NCBI GenBank assembly: GCA_016184305.1
Contig: JACPCX010000175.1
Location: 124-64,123, forward strand
Source of the DNA: Candidatus Rokuibacteriota bacterium
GTDB taxonomy: Bacteria > Methylomirabilota > Methylomirabilia > Rokubacteriales > CSP1-6
Reading direction: 5' to 3'
Length of the DNA stretch: 64,000 nucleotides
In this document: piece after piece, positions 9,334 through 19,942 of the stretch
How the letters are laid out: each line of letters starts with the position of its first letter
Numbering within the stretch: position 1 is the first letter of the stretch
Notes under the pieces: generated by a model
The model's input: only the letters and a program-made list of their open reading frames with translations
Told to the model about the DNA's origin: nothing
Databases searched by the model: none
Made by a program: the position numbers and the translations under genes

Positions 9334-10068
9334 GTGACCCGGATGGATCCGGGCTACGTCGCCGTCCACGCCGAGGAGGACCGGCGCCACTGGTGGTTCC
9401 TCGGCCGGCAGGCCATCATTCTCGCCGAGATGGCGCGCTGGCTCCCGGTGGGCCGGCTGCGCCTGGCCGAGCTCGGGTGCGGAAGCGGGGGCCTTTTGAC
9501 CGGACTGGCGCGCTTCGGCGAGGTCGTGGGCGTCGAGGCAGATCCGGCGCTGCGCGAGGCGGCTCGCCGGCGCGGGCTCCCCGTGCTGTCGGGCACGCTC
9601 CCGGACGACATTCCGCTGGCGCCCGGCACTCTGGATGCGGCCTGCCTCTTCGACGTCCTGGAGCACCTGGACGACGACGGCCGAGCGCTCGCGCGCACCC
9701 GCTCCTTGCTCGTGCCCGGCGGGCTTCTCTTCGTGACGGTGCCGGCGTATGCGTGGCTGTGGAGTCGCCACGACGAGATCCTCGGCCACCGCCGGCGCTA
9801 TACGGCGCGGGGCTTGCGCCTCCTGGCGGAGCGAGCGGGCTTTCGCGTGGAGCGCCTCACGTACTTCAACACACTCCTGGCCGCGCCGATCATCCTCGTC
9901 CGTCTTCTCCACCGGGCCATGGGCCGGGATACCCACGATCTCAGCCGCCCGCCCGCCCCCGTCAATCGTCTGCTCGCCCAGTGCTTCGCGCTCGAGGCCC
10001 GCCTGCTCCGCTGGACCGCCTCGCCCGTCGGGATCTCCTTGTTGATGGTGGCGGGGCGCCGCGAATGA
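9334..10068 (+). CDS. class I SAM-dependent methyltransferase
   Basis: 'ELGCGSGGL' motif I, 'DVLEHLDDD', 'LLVPGGLLFVTVP'. Alternative ATG start at 9343. Confidence 0.85.
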   Translation: MTRMDPGYVAVHAEEDRRHWWFLGRQAIILAEMARWLPVGRLRLAELGCGSGGLLTGLARFGEVVGVEADPALREAARRRGLPVLSGTLPDDIPLAPGTLDAACLFDVLEHLDDDGRALARTRSLLVPGGLLFVTVPAYAWLWSRHDEILGHRRRYTARGLRLLAERAGFRVERLTYFNTLLAAPIILVRLLHRAMGRDTHDLSRPPAPVNRLLAQCFALEARLLRWTASPVGISLLMVAGRRE

Positions 10069-12272
10069 GCCGGCGCGACGGCGTCCTTCTGGCAGTCCTG
10101 CTCCTCTTCCTGGCCGCGGTGACGGCAGCGTGGGTGATGATCGACAGCCGCCCGCCCGAGTGGGACCACGCGAACCACCTCGAGCGGGCTGTCGCGTGCC
10201 ATCGCGTCCTGGCCGACCCGGGGCACGACAGGGTGGGAGAGATCATCGCCATGTCGAGCTTCTACCCACCCGTGGTCGCCTGTGCGGCGGGGCTGCTCTA
10301 CTTCGTTCTTCCGATCGTGCCGTTCACGGCCCAGGCGGTGATGTGTGGATTCCTCGCGGTCGGTGTGCTCGCCGTGTACGGGGTCGGGCGCCGGCTTCTG
10401 GATGCCCAGGCGGGGCTCGTGGCCGCCTTCTTTCTCGGGACGGCGCCCTTCGTCGTCTTCTCGCTCACCAACTTCCAGCTGGACCTGCCGCTCCTGGCGA
10501 TGGTGGCGGTCACCCTCTATGCGCTCGTCCGCGCGGAGGGCTTTTCGCGACCCGGGTGGTCGGTGCTCGCGGGGGCGGCGCTCGGGCTCGGGATGCTGAC
10601 CAAGCCTCCTTTCGCGGCCTACGCGCTTCCGCCGCTCGCCTGGAGCGCGTGGCTCGCCTTCCGCGCGCCGGACCGCGGGCCGCGGCTCCGCCGACTGCTG
10701 CTCGCGCTCGGCATCGGCCTCGCCGTCTCGCTGCCGTGGTACGGGCCGCGGCTCGCCGGGTTGCCGATGCAGATCGTGAACCGCTCCTTCAAGCAGGCCG
10801 CCGAGTCCGGGCATGCGCCGGCGCTCACGTCGGGTTCGCTGCTCTATTACCCGCGCGTGTTCCAGCCGCAGTTCGGGCTTCTGGCGGCCCCGCTGGCGGT
10901 GTGGGGCCTCTGGGCGGTCCGTCGGATGCCGCGGGCCCGCGGGCTTCTGTGGTCAGCGCTTCTGCCGCTCGTGATCTTCCTCCTGATCCAGAACAAGAAC
11001 CTGCGCTACACGTTGCCGCTGCTGCCCGCCGCTGCGCTCCTGGCCGCGGCGGGGCTCGCGCAGCTCGCCCCGTTGTGGCGGCGCGCGATCACCTGGAGCT
11101 GCCTCGTTCTCGGGATCCTGCAGGTCGCGTCTGCCGCCTTCGCGGTGCCGCCGCCTCCCTCCGTCACGCCGCTGCTGGGCCCCGTGGTCTTCTCGCGCCC
11201 CCCCGACGGGAGCGACTGGCGCCACCGCGAGGCGCTCGACGCCATCCTGCGAGCCGCCGAGGGTCGGCCGGCCACGGTGGCCGTCGTCGCCAACGACAAC
11301 TACTTCTCGGTCTCCAACTTCCGCTACGACGTGGTCCGCGAGCGGCTGCCGCTCACGATGATGCGGGCCTGGGATGGCGCGCCCCTCGGTATCGAGTTCG
11401 TGATCGTCAAGACCGGGGATCAAGGACCGGACTTCGCCTCCGCGAAGCCCGACCGCATCATGGCCGCGTTCGGTGGGGGCGACCCGTGGCTGGCGGCGGC
11501 TTTTCCCGTGATCGCCGAGTTCCCGCTGCCGGACGGCAGTCGCGGCATGGTCCGCATGCGGCGACTGGTGCCGGTGGCGGGGCTCACTGCCGAGGCGCTG
11601 GCGCGGCGCCTGCGTCTGTCGGCCGAGGGCTTTCTCCACGACTACGCGCGGGAGGCCGTCGGCTTCCGGGTGTCGATGGAGTACCGGCCGGAGGCGCTCC
11701 TGCGGGGCGAGGTGGACCGGCTCGTCGTCGAGGCGGATTCGGCGCTCGTGGGGGAATTCGTCCGGAACCGGACTCCACTCCGGACGCGCAACGTGCGCCT
11801 GTCGGTGGAGGGTCTGCTCTTCCATCCCCAGCGCCTTGTCGAGACCGGACGGCTGGAGCTGCTGGGCGTCCGGGCGCTGCGTGCCCACCGCCTCACCGTC
11901 ACCGAGGCGGAGCTGCTGGAGTTCGTCCGGGCGCAGAAGGGTTTCACGCGCGCCGACCTGCATCTGGGGGAGGGGTCGGCCGACGTCGGGCTCGTGTGGT
12001 CCGGACCGACCCTGTCGGCGCGGGTGCGTCTGTTGCCGGCCTCGGGCGCCGGCCCGTTCACCCTGGGCGTCGAGGCGGTGAGCGTGGGAGGGATCAGGGT
12101 GCCGGGGCCTCTCGTGGGCTGGGTGGTGCGCCATCTGGATCCGACGACTCGCCTCAGGCGGCTGCCCGTCGAGGTGTCGCTGGCACCCGTGACGATCCTG
12201 CCCGGGCGCCTCGAGGTGGGACCACCGGACGGCCCCGCCGAGGGCCGGCCGCAGGAGCGGAGAGAACGATGA
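10065..12272 (+). CDS. GT-C fold (ArnT/PMT_2-like, GT39/83-type) membrane glycosyltransferase with a C-terminal DUF2993/LmeA-like domain
   Basis: ATGA overlap with the methyltransferase stop. About 735 aa. Polytopic N-terminal half ('SSFYPPVVACAAGLLYF', 'LGMLTKPPFAAY'). The C-terminal ~215 aa carry DUF2993-like strand patterns ('LLRGEVDRLVVEADSALVG', 'LPVEVSLAPVTILPGRLEVG'). Confidence 0.8.
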   Translation: MSRRDGVLLAVLLLFLAAVTAAWVMIDSRPPEWDHANHLERAVACHRVLADPGHDRVGEIIAMSSFYPPVVACAAGLLYFVLPIVPFTAQAVMCGFLAVGVLAVYGVGRRLLDAQAGLVAAFFLGTAPFVVFSLTNFQLDLPLLAMVAVTLYALVRAEGFSRPGWSVLAGAALGLGMLTKPPFAAYALPPLAWSAWLAFRAPDRGPRLRRLLLALGIGLAVSLPWYGPRLAGLPMQIVNRSFKQAAESGHAPALTSGSLLYYPRVFQPQFGLLAAPLAVWGLWAVRRMPRARGLLWSALLPLVIFLLIQNKNLRYTLPLLPAAALLAAAGLAQLAPLWRRAITWSCLVLGILQVASAAFAVPPPPSVTPLLGPVVFSRPPDGSDWRHREALDAILRAAEGRPATVAVVANDNYFSVSNFRYDVVRERLPLTMMRAWDGAPLGIEFVIVKTGDQGPDFASAKPDRIMAAFGGGDPWLAAAFPVIAEFPLPDGSRGMVRMRRLVPVAGLTAEALARRLRLSAEGFLHDYAREAVGFRVSMEYRPEALLRGEVDRLVVEADSALVGEFVRNRTPLRTRNVRLSVEGLLFHPQRLVETGRLELLGVRALRAHRLTVTEAELLEFVRAQKGFTRADLHLGEGSADVGLVWSGPTLSARVRLLPASGAGPFTLGVEAVSVGGIRVPGPLVGWVVRHLDPTTRLRRLPVEVSLAPVTILPGRLEVGPPDGPAEGRPQERRER

Positions 12273-12943
12273 CGGAGTCGGATCGCGAGAAGAAGGCGCG
12301 GGCCCGCCGGATCCTGAGAGCGCTTCGCGCGGCCTATCCCGATGCCGCCGTCGCGCTGCGCTGGACCACCCCGCTGGAGCTTCTGGTGGCGACCATCCTC
12401 TCGGCCCAGTGCACCGACGAGCGCGTGAACCAGGTGACGGAGTCGCTCTTCAAGCGCTACCACACCGCGAGGGACTGGGCCCGGGCACGACCGGCGGGGC
12501 TGGAGCGCGAGATCTTCTCCACCGGCTTCTACAAGGCCAAGGCCAAGGCCATCATCGGGACGGCCAGGGTCCTCGCGGACCGGCACGGCGGCGAGGTGCC
12601 CAGGACCGTGGAGGCCCTGACGGCCCTGCCGGGAGTCGGGCGCAAGACGGCCAATGTGGTGCTGGGCAATGCCTTCGGGATCCCGGCGCTTGCCGTGGAC
12701 ACGCACGTCTCGCGGGTCTCACAGCGGCTCGGGCTGGCGCAAGGGCAGGACGCCGAGACGATCCACGAGGAGCTCTGCCGGGTGTTTCCCCGCGCAGGGT
12801 GGACTGGCACCACCCACCTCCTGATCATCCACGGCCGGCGCGCATGTCACGCGCGTCGCCCAGCCTGTCCGGGCTGTCCCGTCCGGGCCCTCTGCCCATG
12901 GCCTTCGAAGCCGATGGGCCAGGGGCCGGGACGAAAGGGTTGA
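12269..12943 (+). CDS. nth: endonuclease III
   Basis: HhH-GPD 'LPGVGRKTANVVL', 'DTHV', and Fe-S loop 'CHARRPACPGCPVRALC'. ATGA overlap with the upstream gene. Confidence 0.93.
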   Translation: MTESDREKKARARRILRALRAAYPDAAVALRWTTPLELLVATILSAQCTDERVNQVTESLFKRYHTARDWARARPAGLEREIFSTGFYKAKAKAIIGTARVLADRHGGEVPRTVEALTALPGVGRKTANVVLGNAFGIPALAVDTHVSRVSQRLGLAQGQDAETIHEELCRVFPRAGWTGTTHLLIIHGRRACHARRPACPGCPVRALCPWPSKPMGQGPGRKG

Positions 12944-12968
12944 CAGTGAGAGATTGCCCTTTTACTAT
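12940..12968 (+). promoter_or_regulatory. sigma-70-type promoter TTGACA-17-TACTAT for rplM-rpsI
   Basis: Consensus -35 at 12940-12945 (overlapping the nth stop), an exact 17-nt spacer, and -10 TACTAT at 12963-12968, about 72 nt upstream of rplM. Confidence 0.55.
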
Positions 12969-13040
12969 GGCGTGTTGCTGATGTCTGCCGCTGTGCCGTA
13001 GTGGGGCAGCTCCAAACAGGGACATAGGGACATAGGGATC

Positions 13041-13487
13041 ATGCCGACCGTCATGCCGAAGGTAGACGCAATCGACCGGAAGTGGTATGTGGTCGACGCC
13101 GAGGGCCAGGTGCTCGGACGGCTGGCCTCGCGGGTGGCCGCCATCCTCCGGGGCAAGCACAAGCCGAGTTTCGCCCACCACCTGGACGTCGGGGACCATG
13201 TGGTCGTGATCAACGCGGGGAAGGTGCACCTGACCGGCCGCAAGCTCACGGACAAGATGTACCGCTGGCACTCGGGGTATATCGGGGGTTTGCGGGAAGT
13301 CCCCGCCGAGAAGATGATCAAGGCGCACCCGGAGCGCGTGATCGAGTGGGCCGTCGAGGGGATGCTCCCCAAGGGGCGGCTGGGCCGCGCGATGGCAAAG
13401 AAGCTCAAGGTATACCGGGGGTCGGAGCATCCGCATTCGGCCCAGAAGCCCGAGCCGCTCCTCACGGGCGGCCGGACATCCTCGTAA
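13041..13487 (+). CDS. rplM: 50S ribosomal protein L13
   Basis: 148 aa. '[46 protein letters not shown]'. Confidence 0.97.
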   Translation: MPTVMPKVDAIDRKWYVVDAEGQVLGRLASRVAAILRGKHKPSFAHHLDVGDHVVVINAGKVHLTGRKLTDKMYRWHSGYIGGLREVPAEKMIKAHPERVIEWAVEGMLPKGRLGRAMAKKLKVYRGSEHPHSAQKPEPLLTGGRTSS

Positions 13488-13496
13488 GGGAAGGAC

Positions 13497-13892
13497 ATGG
13501 CTCAGACGATGGCGTATTACGGGACGGGGCGGCGAAAGACATCCGTGGCGCGCGTGTGGCTCCGGCCGGGGGGCGGCACGATCATGGTCAACCGCCGGTC
13601 CTTCGAGGACTACTTCCCCCGCGAGACACTGCGGATGATCATCTGCCAGCCGCTCCAGCTGACGAACACCCTGGCCCAGTTCGACGCCACGATCAACGTC
13701 GGCGGCGGCGGTCCGACGGGCCAGGCCGGCGCGGCCCGTCACGGGATCGCCCGGGCGCTGCTCATGTTCGATGAGAAGCTCCGGCAGACGCTCAAGCGGG
13801 CGGGGCTGCTGACCCGGGATCCGCGAATGAAGGAGCGGAAGAAGTATGGGCAGCCGGGTGCGCGGTCCAAGTTCCAGTATTCCAAGCGGTAG
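13497..13892 (+). CDS. rpsI: 30S ribosomal protein S9
   Basis: 131 aa. C-terminus '[29 protein letters not shown]'. Confidence 0.97.
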   Translation: MAQTMAYYGTGRRKTSVARVWLRPGGGTIMVNRRSFEDYFPRETLRMIICQPLQLTNTLAQFDATINVGGGGPTGQAGAARHGIARALLMFDEKLRQTLKRAGLLTRDPRMKERKKYGQPGARSKFQYSKR

Positions 13893-13907
13893 GTAGGGGA
13901 CCGGCCG

Positions 13908-14957
13908 GTGGTGCGGGTCGCCGTCGGGGGCGCGAGCGGGTACATGGGGGCGGAGCTCCTCCGCTTGCTCAGCGTCCACTCGAAGGTTCAGCTCACAGCC
14001 GTCACCTCGGAGAGACTGTCTGGCGAGCGCCTCGATCGAGTCTTCCCCCATCTGCGGGGCCTGTCCGCTCTCGTCTTCCAGGAGGTCAATCCAGACCGGC
14101 TCGCGGAGCAGGCCGACGTGGTCTTCCTGGCGCTGCCGCACATGCAGTCGCAGCAGGCCGTGCCCGTGTTGCGACGCCGCGGGCGGCGCGTCATCGACCT
14201 GTCGGCCGACTACCGGTTGCGAGACGCCTCCCTGTACACGACCTGGTACAAGGCGCCGCACGTGGACGCGGAAGGCCTCGCCGAGGCGGCGTACGGGCTG
14301 CCTGAGCTCCACCGGAAGGCCATCGCCCAGGCGGGTCTGGTGGCCTCTCCCGGTTGCTACCCCATGGGGGCGATCCTGGCGACCGCCCCACTGCTCAAGA
14401 GCGGGTTCGGACTGCCTCAGGGCATCGTCGTCGACGGCCAATCCGGGGTCACGGGCGCGGGCGCCCAGGGCCGCACGGCGGACCCCATGTACCTGTACAC
14501 CGAGGCCAACGAGAACGTGCAGGCCTACGGCATCGCGACCCATCGCCACACGCCCGAGATCGAGCAGGAGCTTTCCGCACTCTGCGGCCAGCCGGTCGTG
14601 GTGAGCTTCACGCCGCATCTGGTTCCGCTCAACCGCGGGCTGTTCACGACGGCCTCGGTGCCCCTCGGGAAGGCCGCGAGCACCGCCGAGCTCGTGGCCC
14701 TCTATCAGGAGTTCTACGCCGGCGAGCCCTTTGTCCGGGTCCTCCCCGAAGGGGAGCGGCCGACCACGCGGCGGGTGGTGGGGTCCAACTTCTGCGACGT
14801 TACCATCGTCGCGGACCCGCGCACCTCCCGGGCGGTGTGCGTCTCGGCACTCGACAACCTGGGCAAGGGGGGCTCCGCCAACGGCATCCAGAGCCTGAAC
14901 ATCATGATGGGGTGGGACGAGCGGAGCGGGCTGGAAGCCCCTCCGGTCTACCCCTGA
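13908..14957 (+). CDS. argC: N-acetyl-gamma-glutamyl-phosphate reductase
   Basis: 'GASGYMGAELLRLL' and the catalytic 'SPGCYP'. 349 aa. Confidence 0.95.
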   Translation: MVRVAVGGASGYMGAELLRLLSVHSKVQLTAVTSERLSGERLDRVFPHLRGLSALVFQEVNPDRLAEQADVVFLALPHMQSQQAVPVLRRRGRRVIDLSADYRLRDASLYTTWYKAPHVDAEGLAEAAYGLPELHRKAIAQAGLVASPGCYPMGAILATAPLLKSGFGLPQGIVVDGQSGVTGAGAQGRTADPMYLYTEANENVQAYGIATHRHTPEIEQELSALCGQPVVVSFTPHLVPLNRGLFTTASVPLGKAASTAELVALYQEFYAGEPFVRVLPEGERPTTRRVVGSNFCDVTIVADPRTSRAVCVSALDNLGKGGSANGIQSLNIMMGWDERSGLEAPPVYP

Positions 14958-14974
14958 CGATCCCGCCGATCCGC

Positions 14975-16189
14975 ATGCCGGAGATCCAGTGGCTGGACGG
15001 AGGGATCACCGCCGTCCCCGGCATCCTTGCCTCCGGCGTCGCCGGGGGGATCAAGCCCAGCGGAAAGAAGGATCTGGCGCTCATCTACTCCTCCTCGACG
15101 GCCCGGGCCGCGGCGGTCTTCACCACCAACCAGGTCAAGGGCGCGCCGGTCCTCGTGTCGCAGGAGCACGTACGTGGCCGGAAGGCCCAGGCGATCCTCG
15201 CCTCCAGCGGCTGCTCCAATGTCTGCACGGGCGAGCAGGGGATCAAGGACGCTCGCGAGATGACCCGCATCGTGGGCGATCTGCTCCACGTGCCCGCGCA
15301 GCAGGTGCTGATCGCCGCCACCGGCGTCATCGGCCAGCCGCTTCCCATGGACCGGATCCGGGCGGGGTTGCCGAAGCTGGTGAAGGCGCTCTCGCCCCAG
15401 GGAAGCCGCAGCGCCGCCGAGGCGATCATGACCACGGACACGGTTCCCAAGGAGGCTGCGCTGCGGGTCGAGGTGGGGGGGCGGCCCATCACCATCGGGG
15501 GGATCGCCAAGGGCGTCGGCATGCTGGAGCCCCATCTGGCGACCATGTTCTGCTTCCTCGCCACGGATGCCGCGATCGCGGCGGACGCCTTGCAGAACAC
15601 GCTCCGGCACGCCGTGGACCGATCGCTGAACCGCATCACGGTGGACGGTGACCAGTCCACCAGCGATACCGTGGCGGTCCTGGCCAACGGTCTGGCAGAG
15701 AACGCGCCTCTGGAAAAGGGGGGGCGGGGACTCCGCCAGTTCCGCCTGGCGCTCGAGGCGATCACCGGGCGATTGGCCCGCATGCTCGTCCAGGACGGGG
15801 AAGGGGCCACCAAGCTGGTGGAGATCGCGGTCCGTGGTGCCCGCACGCGGAGGGAGGCCCTGGTGGCCGCGCGGGCCGTGGCGAACTCTCTCCTGGTCAA
15901 GACCGCCGTCGCCGGGGCCGACCCCAACTGGGGGCGGATCATGATGGCCCTCGGCAAGTCGGCGGCCCGCGTCCTGCCCGACCGGGTGGCCATCCGGATC
16001 GGCGAGGAATTGCTGGCGGAGCGGGGCATGCTGGGCCCCGGCGCCCGCCTCGACCGGGTCCGCGAGATCATGGGCCGGCGCGAATACACCATCGCCATCG
16101 ACCTGGGGCTGGGTCGCGGCGAGGAGCGGGTCTGGACATCGGATCTGTCGGAGGAGTACGTTCGGATAAACTCGAAGTACACGACCTGA
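14975..16189 (+). CDS. argJ: bifunctional ornithine acetyltransferase/N-acetylglutamate synthase
   Basis: ATG at 14975 within the longer ORF. Autoprocessing site '[14 protein letters not shown]' and '[11 protein letters not shown]'. Confidence 0.93.
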   Translation: MPEIQWLDGGITAVPGILASGVAGGIKPSGKKDLALIYSSSTARAAAVFTTNQVKGAPVLVSQEHVRGRKAQAILASSGCSNVCTGEQGIKDAREMTRIVGDLLHVPAQQVLIAATGVIGQPLPMDRIRAGLPKLVKALSPQGSRSAAEAIMTTDTVPKEAALRVEVGGRPITIGGIAKGVGMLEPHLATMFCFLATDAAIAADALQNTLRHAVDRSLNRITVDGDQSTSDTVAVLANGLAENAPLEKGGRGLRQFRLALEAITGRLARMLVQDGEGATKLVEIAVRGARTRREALVAARAVANSLLVKTAVAGADPNWGRIMMALGKSAARVLPDRVAIRIGEELLAERGMLGPGARLDRVREIMGRREYTIAIDLGLGRGEERVWTSDLSEEYVRINSKYTT

Positions 16190-16192
16190 CAT

Positions 16193-16213
16193 GGGCGGCC
16201 CGCAGGGCCGCCC
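16193..16213 (+). terminator. hairpin after argJ (GGGCGGCC-CGCAG-GGCCGCCC), no U-tract
   Basis: 8-bp GC stem beginning 4 nt after the argJ stop. Confidence 0.35.
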
Positions 16214-16346
16214 ACAACCACGCACGATCTCGAGCTTCGGTCCCCGGCGGTGCGGACACGCCTCCCGGGGTGAGCGCTGCAGCGGCCCGGATGACGGGGC
16301 GCGCGCCGATCGGGGTCGGAGGCAAACCGAAGGAAAGAGAGGATCC

Positions 16347-17123
16347 ATGGCGAGCTTGACCATGAAGGAGCTGCTCGAGGCCGGGGTGCACTTCGGCCAT
16401 CAGACCAAGCGCTGGAACCCCAAGATGCAGAAGTACATCTTCGGGGAGCGGAACGGTATCTACATCATCGACCTGCAGAAGACCCTCAAGAAGTTCCGCG
16501 AGGCCTATGCCTTCATGCGGGATCTGGCCGCTGGCGGCGGCACCGTACTGTTCGTCGGAACGAAGAAGCAGGCGCAGGAGGCGGTGCTGGAAGAGGCCAC
16601 GCGTTGCGGGATGTTCTACGTGAATCACCGCTGGCTGGGCGGCACACTGACCAACTTCGCGACAATCCGCAAGTCCATCGCGCGGCTCAAGAAGCTGGAT
16701 GAGATGAAGGAGACGGGGGACTACGAGCGCCTGCCGAAGAAGGAGGTCCTCGGGCTCGAGCGCGAGCGCGAGAAGCTCGAGAAGACCCTGGCCGGCATCA
16801 AGAACATGGAGCGGCTCCCCTCGGCGATCTTCATCATCGACCCGAAGAAGGAGACCATCGCGGTGGAGGAGGCCAAGCGACTGGCCGTCCCCATCGTGGC
16901 CATCGTGGACACCAATTGTGATCCGACCGGGATCGACTTCCCGGTCCCGGGGAACGATGACGCGATCCGCGCCGTTCGGCTCATCACGGCCCGGATGGCC
17001 GATGCCCTCAACGAGGGTCGCGGCACCCTGGCGAAGGAGACAGACGAGGAGATCCCCGCTGCCGCCGATCTGCCCGTGGTGACCGAGGCGGAGATGGCGG
17101 CCCCGGCCGAGACGGGCGCCTGA
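16347..17123 (+). CDS. rpsB: 30S ribosomal protein S2
   Basis: '[19 protein letters not shown]'. GAAAGAGAGG SD upstream of the ATG at 16347. Confidence 0.97.
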   Translation: MASLTMKELLEAGVHFGHQTKRWNPKMQKYIFGERNGIYIIDLQKTLKKFREAYAFMRDLAAGGGTVLFVGTKKQAQEAVLEEATRCGMFYVNHRWLGGTLTNFATIRKSIARLKKLDEMKETGDYERLPKKEVLGLEREREKLEKTLAGIKNMERLPSAIFIIDPKKETIAVEEAKRLAVPIVAIVDTNCDPTGIDFPVPGNDDAIRAVRLITARMADALNEGRGTLAKETDEEIPAAADLPVVTEAEMAAPAETGA

Positions 17124-17162
17124 GACCGCGTAGCGGCGCACGCGAAAAGGAGAGCTCCGCTC

Positions 17163-18517
<1,355 letters not shown>

Positions 18518-18523
18518 CCGACC

Positions 18524-19078
18524 ATGCAAGTGCTGCTCAAGGACATGGAAGCCCGCATGCAGGCGGCGGCGGACCTCCTGACGAGGGAGTTCGCGGGAGT
18601 GAGGACCGGCCGGGCCAGCACGGCCCTGCTGGACGCGCTACGGGTGGAGTCCTACGGCACGCTCACCCCGATCAGCCAGATCGCCTCGCTGTCCGTGCCG
18701 GATCCGAAGACCCTGGTCATTCAGCCCTGGGATGCGTCGCAGATGCCCGCCATCGAGAAGGCCATTCTCAAGTCGGACCTGGGACTCACCCCGGCCAGCG
18801 ATGGCAAGGTGATCCGGCTGAACATGCCGACCCTCACGGAGGAGCGCCGGAAGCAGCTCGCCAAGACCGTGGGCAAGCTGGCCGAGGAGGCGCGCGTGGC
18901 GATCCGCAACGTGCGCCGGGAGGCCAATGACAAACTCAAGACCCTCGCCAAGGACAAGAAGGTCTCCCAGGACGAGGAGCGGCGCGGCCACGACCTGATC
19001 CAGAAGACCACGGACAGGTTCACCGGCAAGGTGGATGAGCTGGCGAAGAAGAAGGAGCGCGAGATCCTGGCGATGTAG
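18524..19078 (+). CDS. frr: ribosome recycling factor
   Basis: 184 aa. 'RTGRASTALLDALRVESYGTLTPISQIASLSVPD'. Confidence 0.97.
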   Translation: MQVLLKDMEARMQAAADLLTREFAGVRTGRASTALLDALRVESYGTLTPISQIASLSVPDPKTLVIQPWDASQMPAIEKAILKSDLGLTPASDGKVIRLNMPTLTEERRKQLAKTVGKLAEEARVAIRNVRREANDKLKTLAKDKKVSQDEERRGHDLIQKTTDRFTGKVDELAKKKEREILAM

Positions 19079-19150
19079 AGGTGTTCTTGGGACGCCGTCC
19101 TCGTCTATGGCCCTGATTTTCCTGGAAGGTCACCCGCTCCTCAGGTACAC

Positions 19151-19942
19151 TTGAACGCCATGGCGTTCACCCCCGGAACAGGCGTCCCCTCGGCAGAGCT
19201 GTCCCTTCTGGCCGACGAGGACCTCCGGGAGCGGGTGCTGGCAGGCCCTCTTCCCCGCCACGTGGCGATCATCATGGATGGCAACGGCCGCTGGGCCACC
19301 CGCCGCGGTCTGCCCCGGGTGGCTGGCCATCGCGAGGGGGTCAAGGCCGTCCGCGAGGTCGTGCGCGCCGCCGGCGAGCTCGGGATCACGTTCCTCACGC
19401 TGTACGCCTTCTCCTCGGAGAACTGGAACCGCCCGATCGCCGAGGTCTCCACCCTGATGACCATCCTCGAGCGCAGCATCGCCCGGGAGCTGCCGGAGCT
19501 CATGGCGCGCAACGTCCGCTTTCGCGTCATCGGCCGCCCCAACGGGGTGCCTGCGGCGGTGCAGCGGAGGATCGACCGGCTGGTGAAGGCGACGGCCGAC
19601 AACACGGGCCTCACCCTGCTGATGGCCCTGAACTACGGCGGCCGCGACGAGCTGGTGGACGCCGCCCGGCGGCTCGCCGAGGAGGTCCGTGCAGGCGCGC
19701 TCAGGCCCGAGGAGATCGATGAAGCACGGCTCTCGCGGGCGCTGTACACCGGCGGCGTACCCGACCCCGATCTCCTCATCCGGACCAGCGGCGAGATGCG
19801 GGTCTCCAACTTCCTCCTGTGGCAGATCGCCTACACGGAGATCTGGGTCACGTCAACGCTCTGGCCCGATTTCGGCCGGCGCGACCTCTACGTGGCTGTG
19901 GCCGAGTTCCAGTGCCGCGACCGCCGCTTCGGGCGGGTGTGA
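19151..19942 (+). CDS. uppS: isoprenyl transferase (undecaprenyl diphosphate synthase)
   Basis: 'HVAIIMDGNGRWA', 'LYAFSSENWNRP', 'LLIRTSGEMRVSNFLLWQIAYTE'. The start is TTG at 19151 or ATG at 19160. Confidence 0.93.
   Translation: MNAMAFTPGTGVPSAELSLLADEDLRERVLAGPLPRHVAIIMDGNGRWATRRGLPRVAGHREGVKAVREVVRAAGELGITFLTLYAFSSENWNRPIAEVSTLMTILERSIARELPELMARNVRFRVIGRPNGVPAAVQRRIDRLVKATADNTGLTLLMALNYGGRDELVDAARRLAEEVRAGALRPEEIDEARLSRALYTGGVPDPDLLIRTSGEMRVSNFLLWQIAYTEIWVTSTLWPDFGRRDLYVAVAEFQCRDRRFGRV

Noticed and set aside
9393-12272. Very long + ORFs (959 aa here; also 10130-12943 at 937 aa, 53161-55917 at 918 aa, and 14354-16189)
   Set aside because: Their N-terminal parts are alternative-frame read-through over the upstream genes. 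The real genes start at internal ATG/GTG codons that overlap the upstream stops (10065, 12269, 54631, 14975).
12825-14618. 597-aa minus-strand ORF
   Set aside because: It is antisense to rplM, rpsI and argC, which have unambiguous signatures, so it is a GC-rich shadow ORF.
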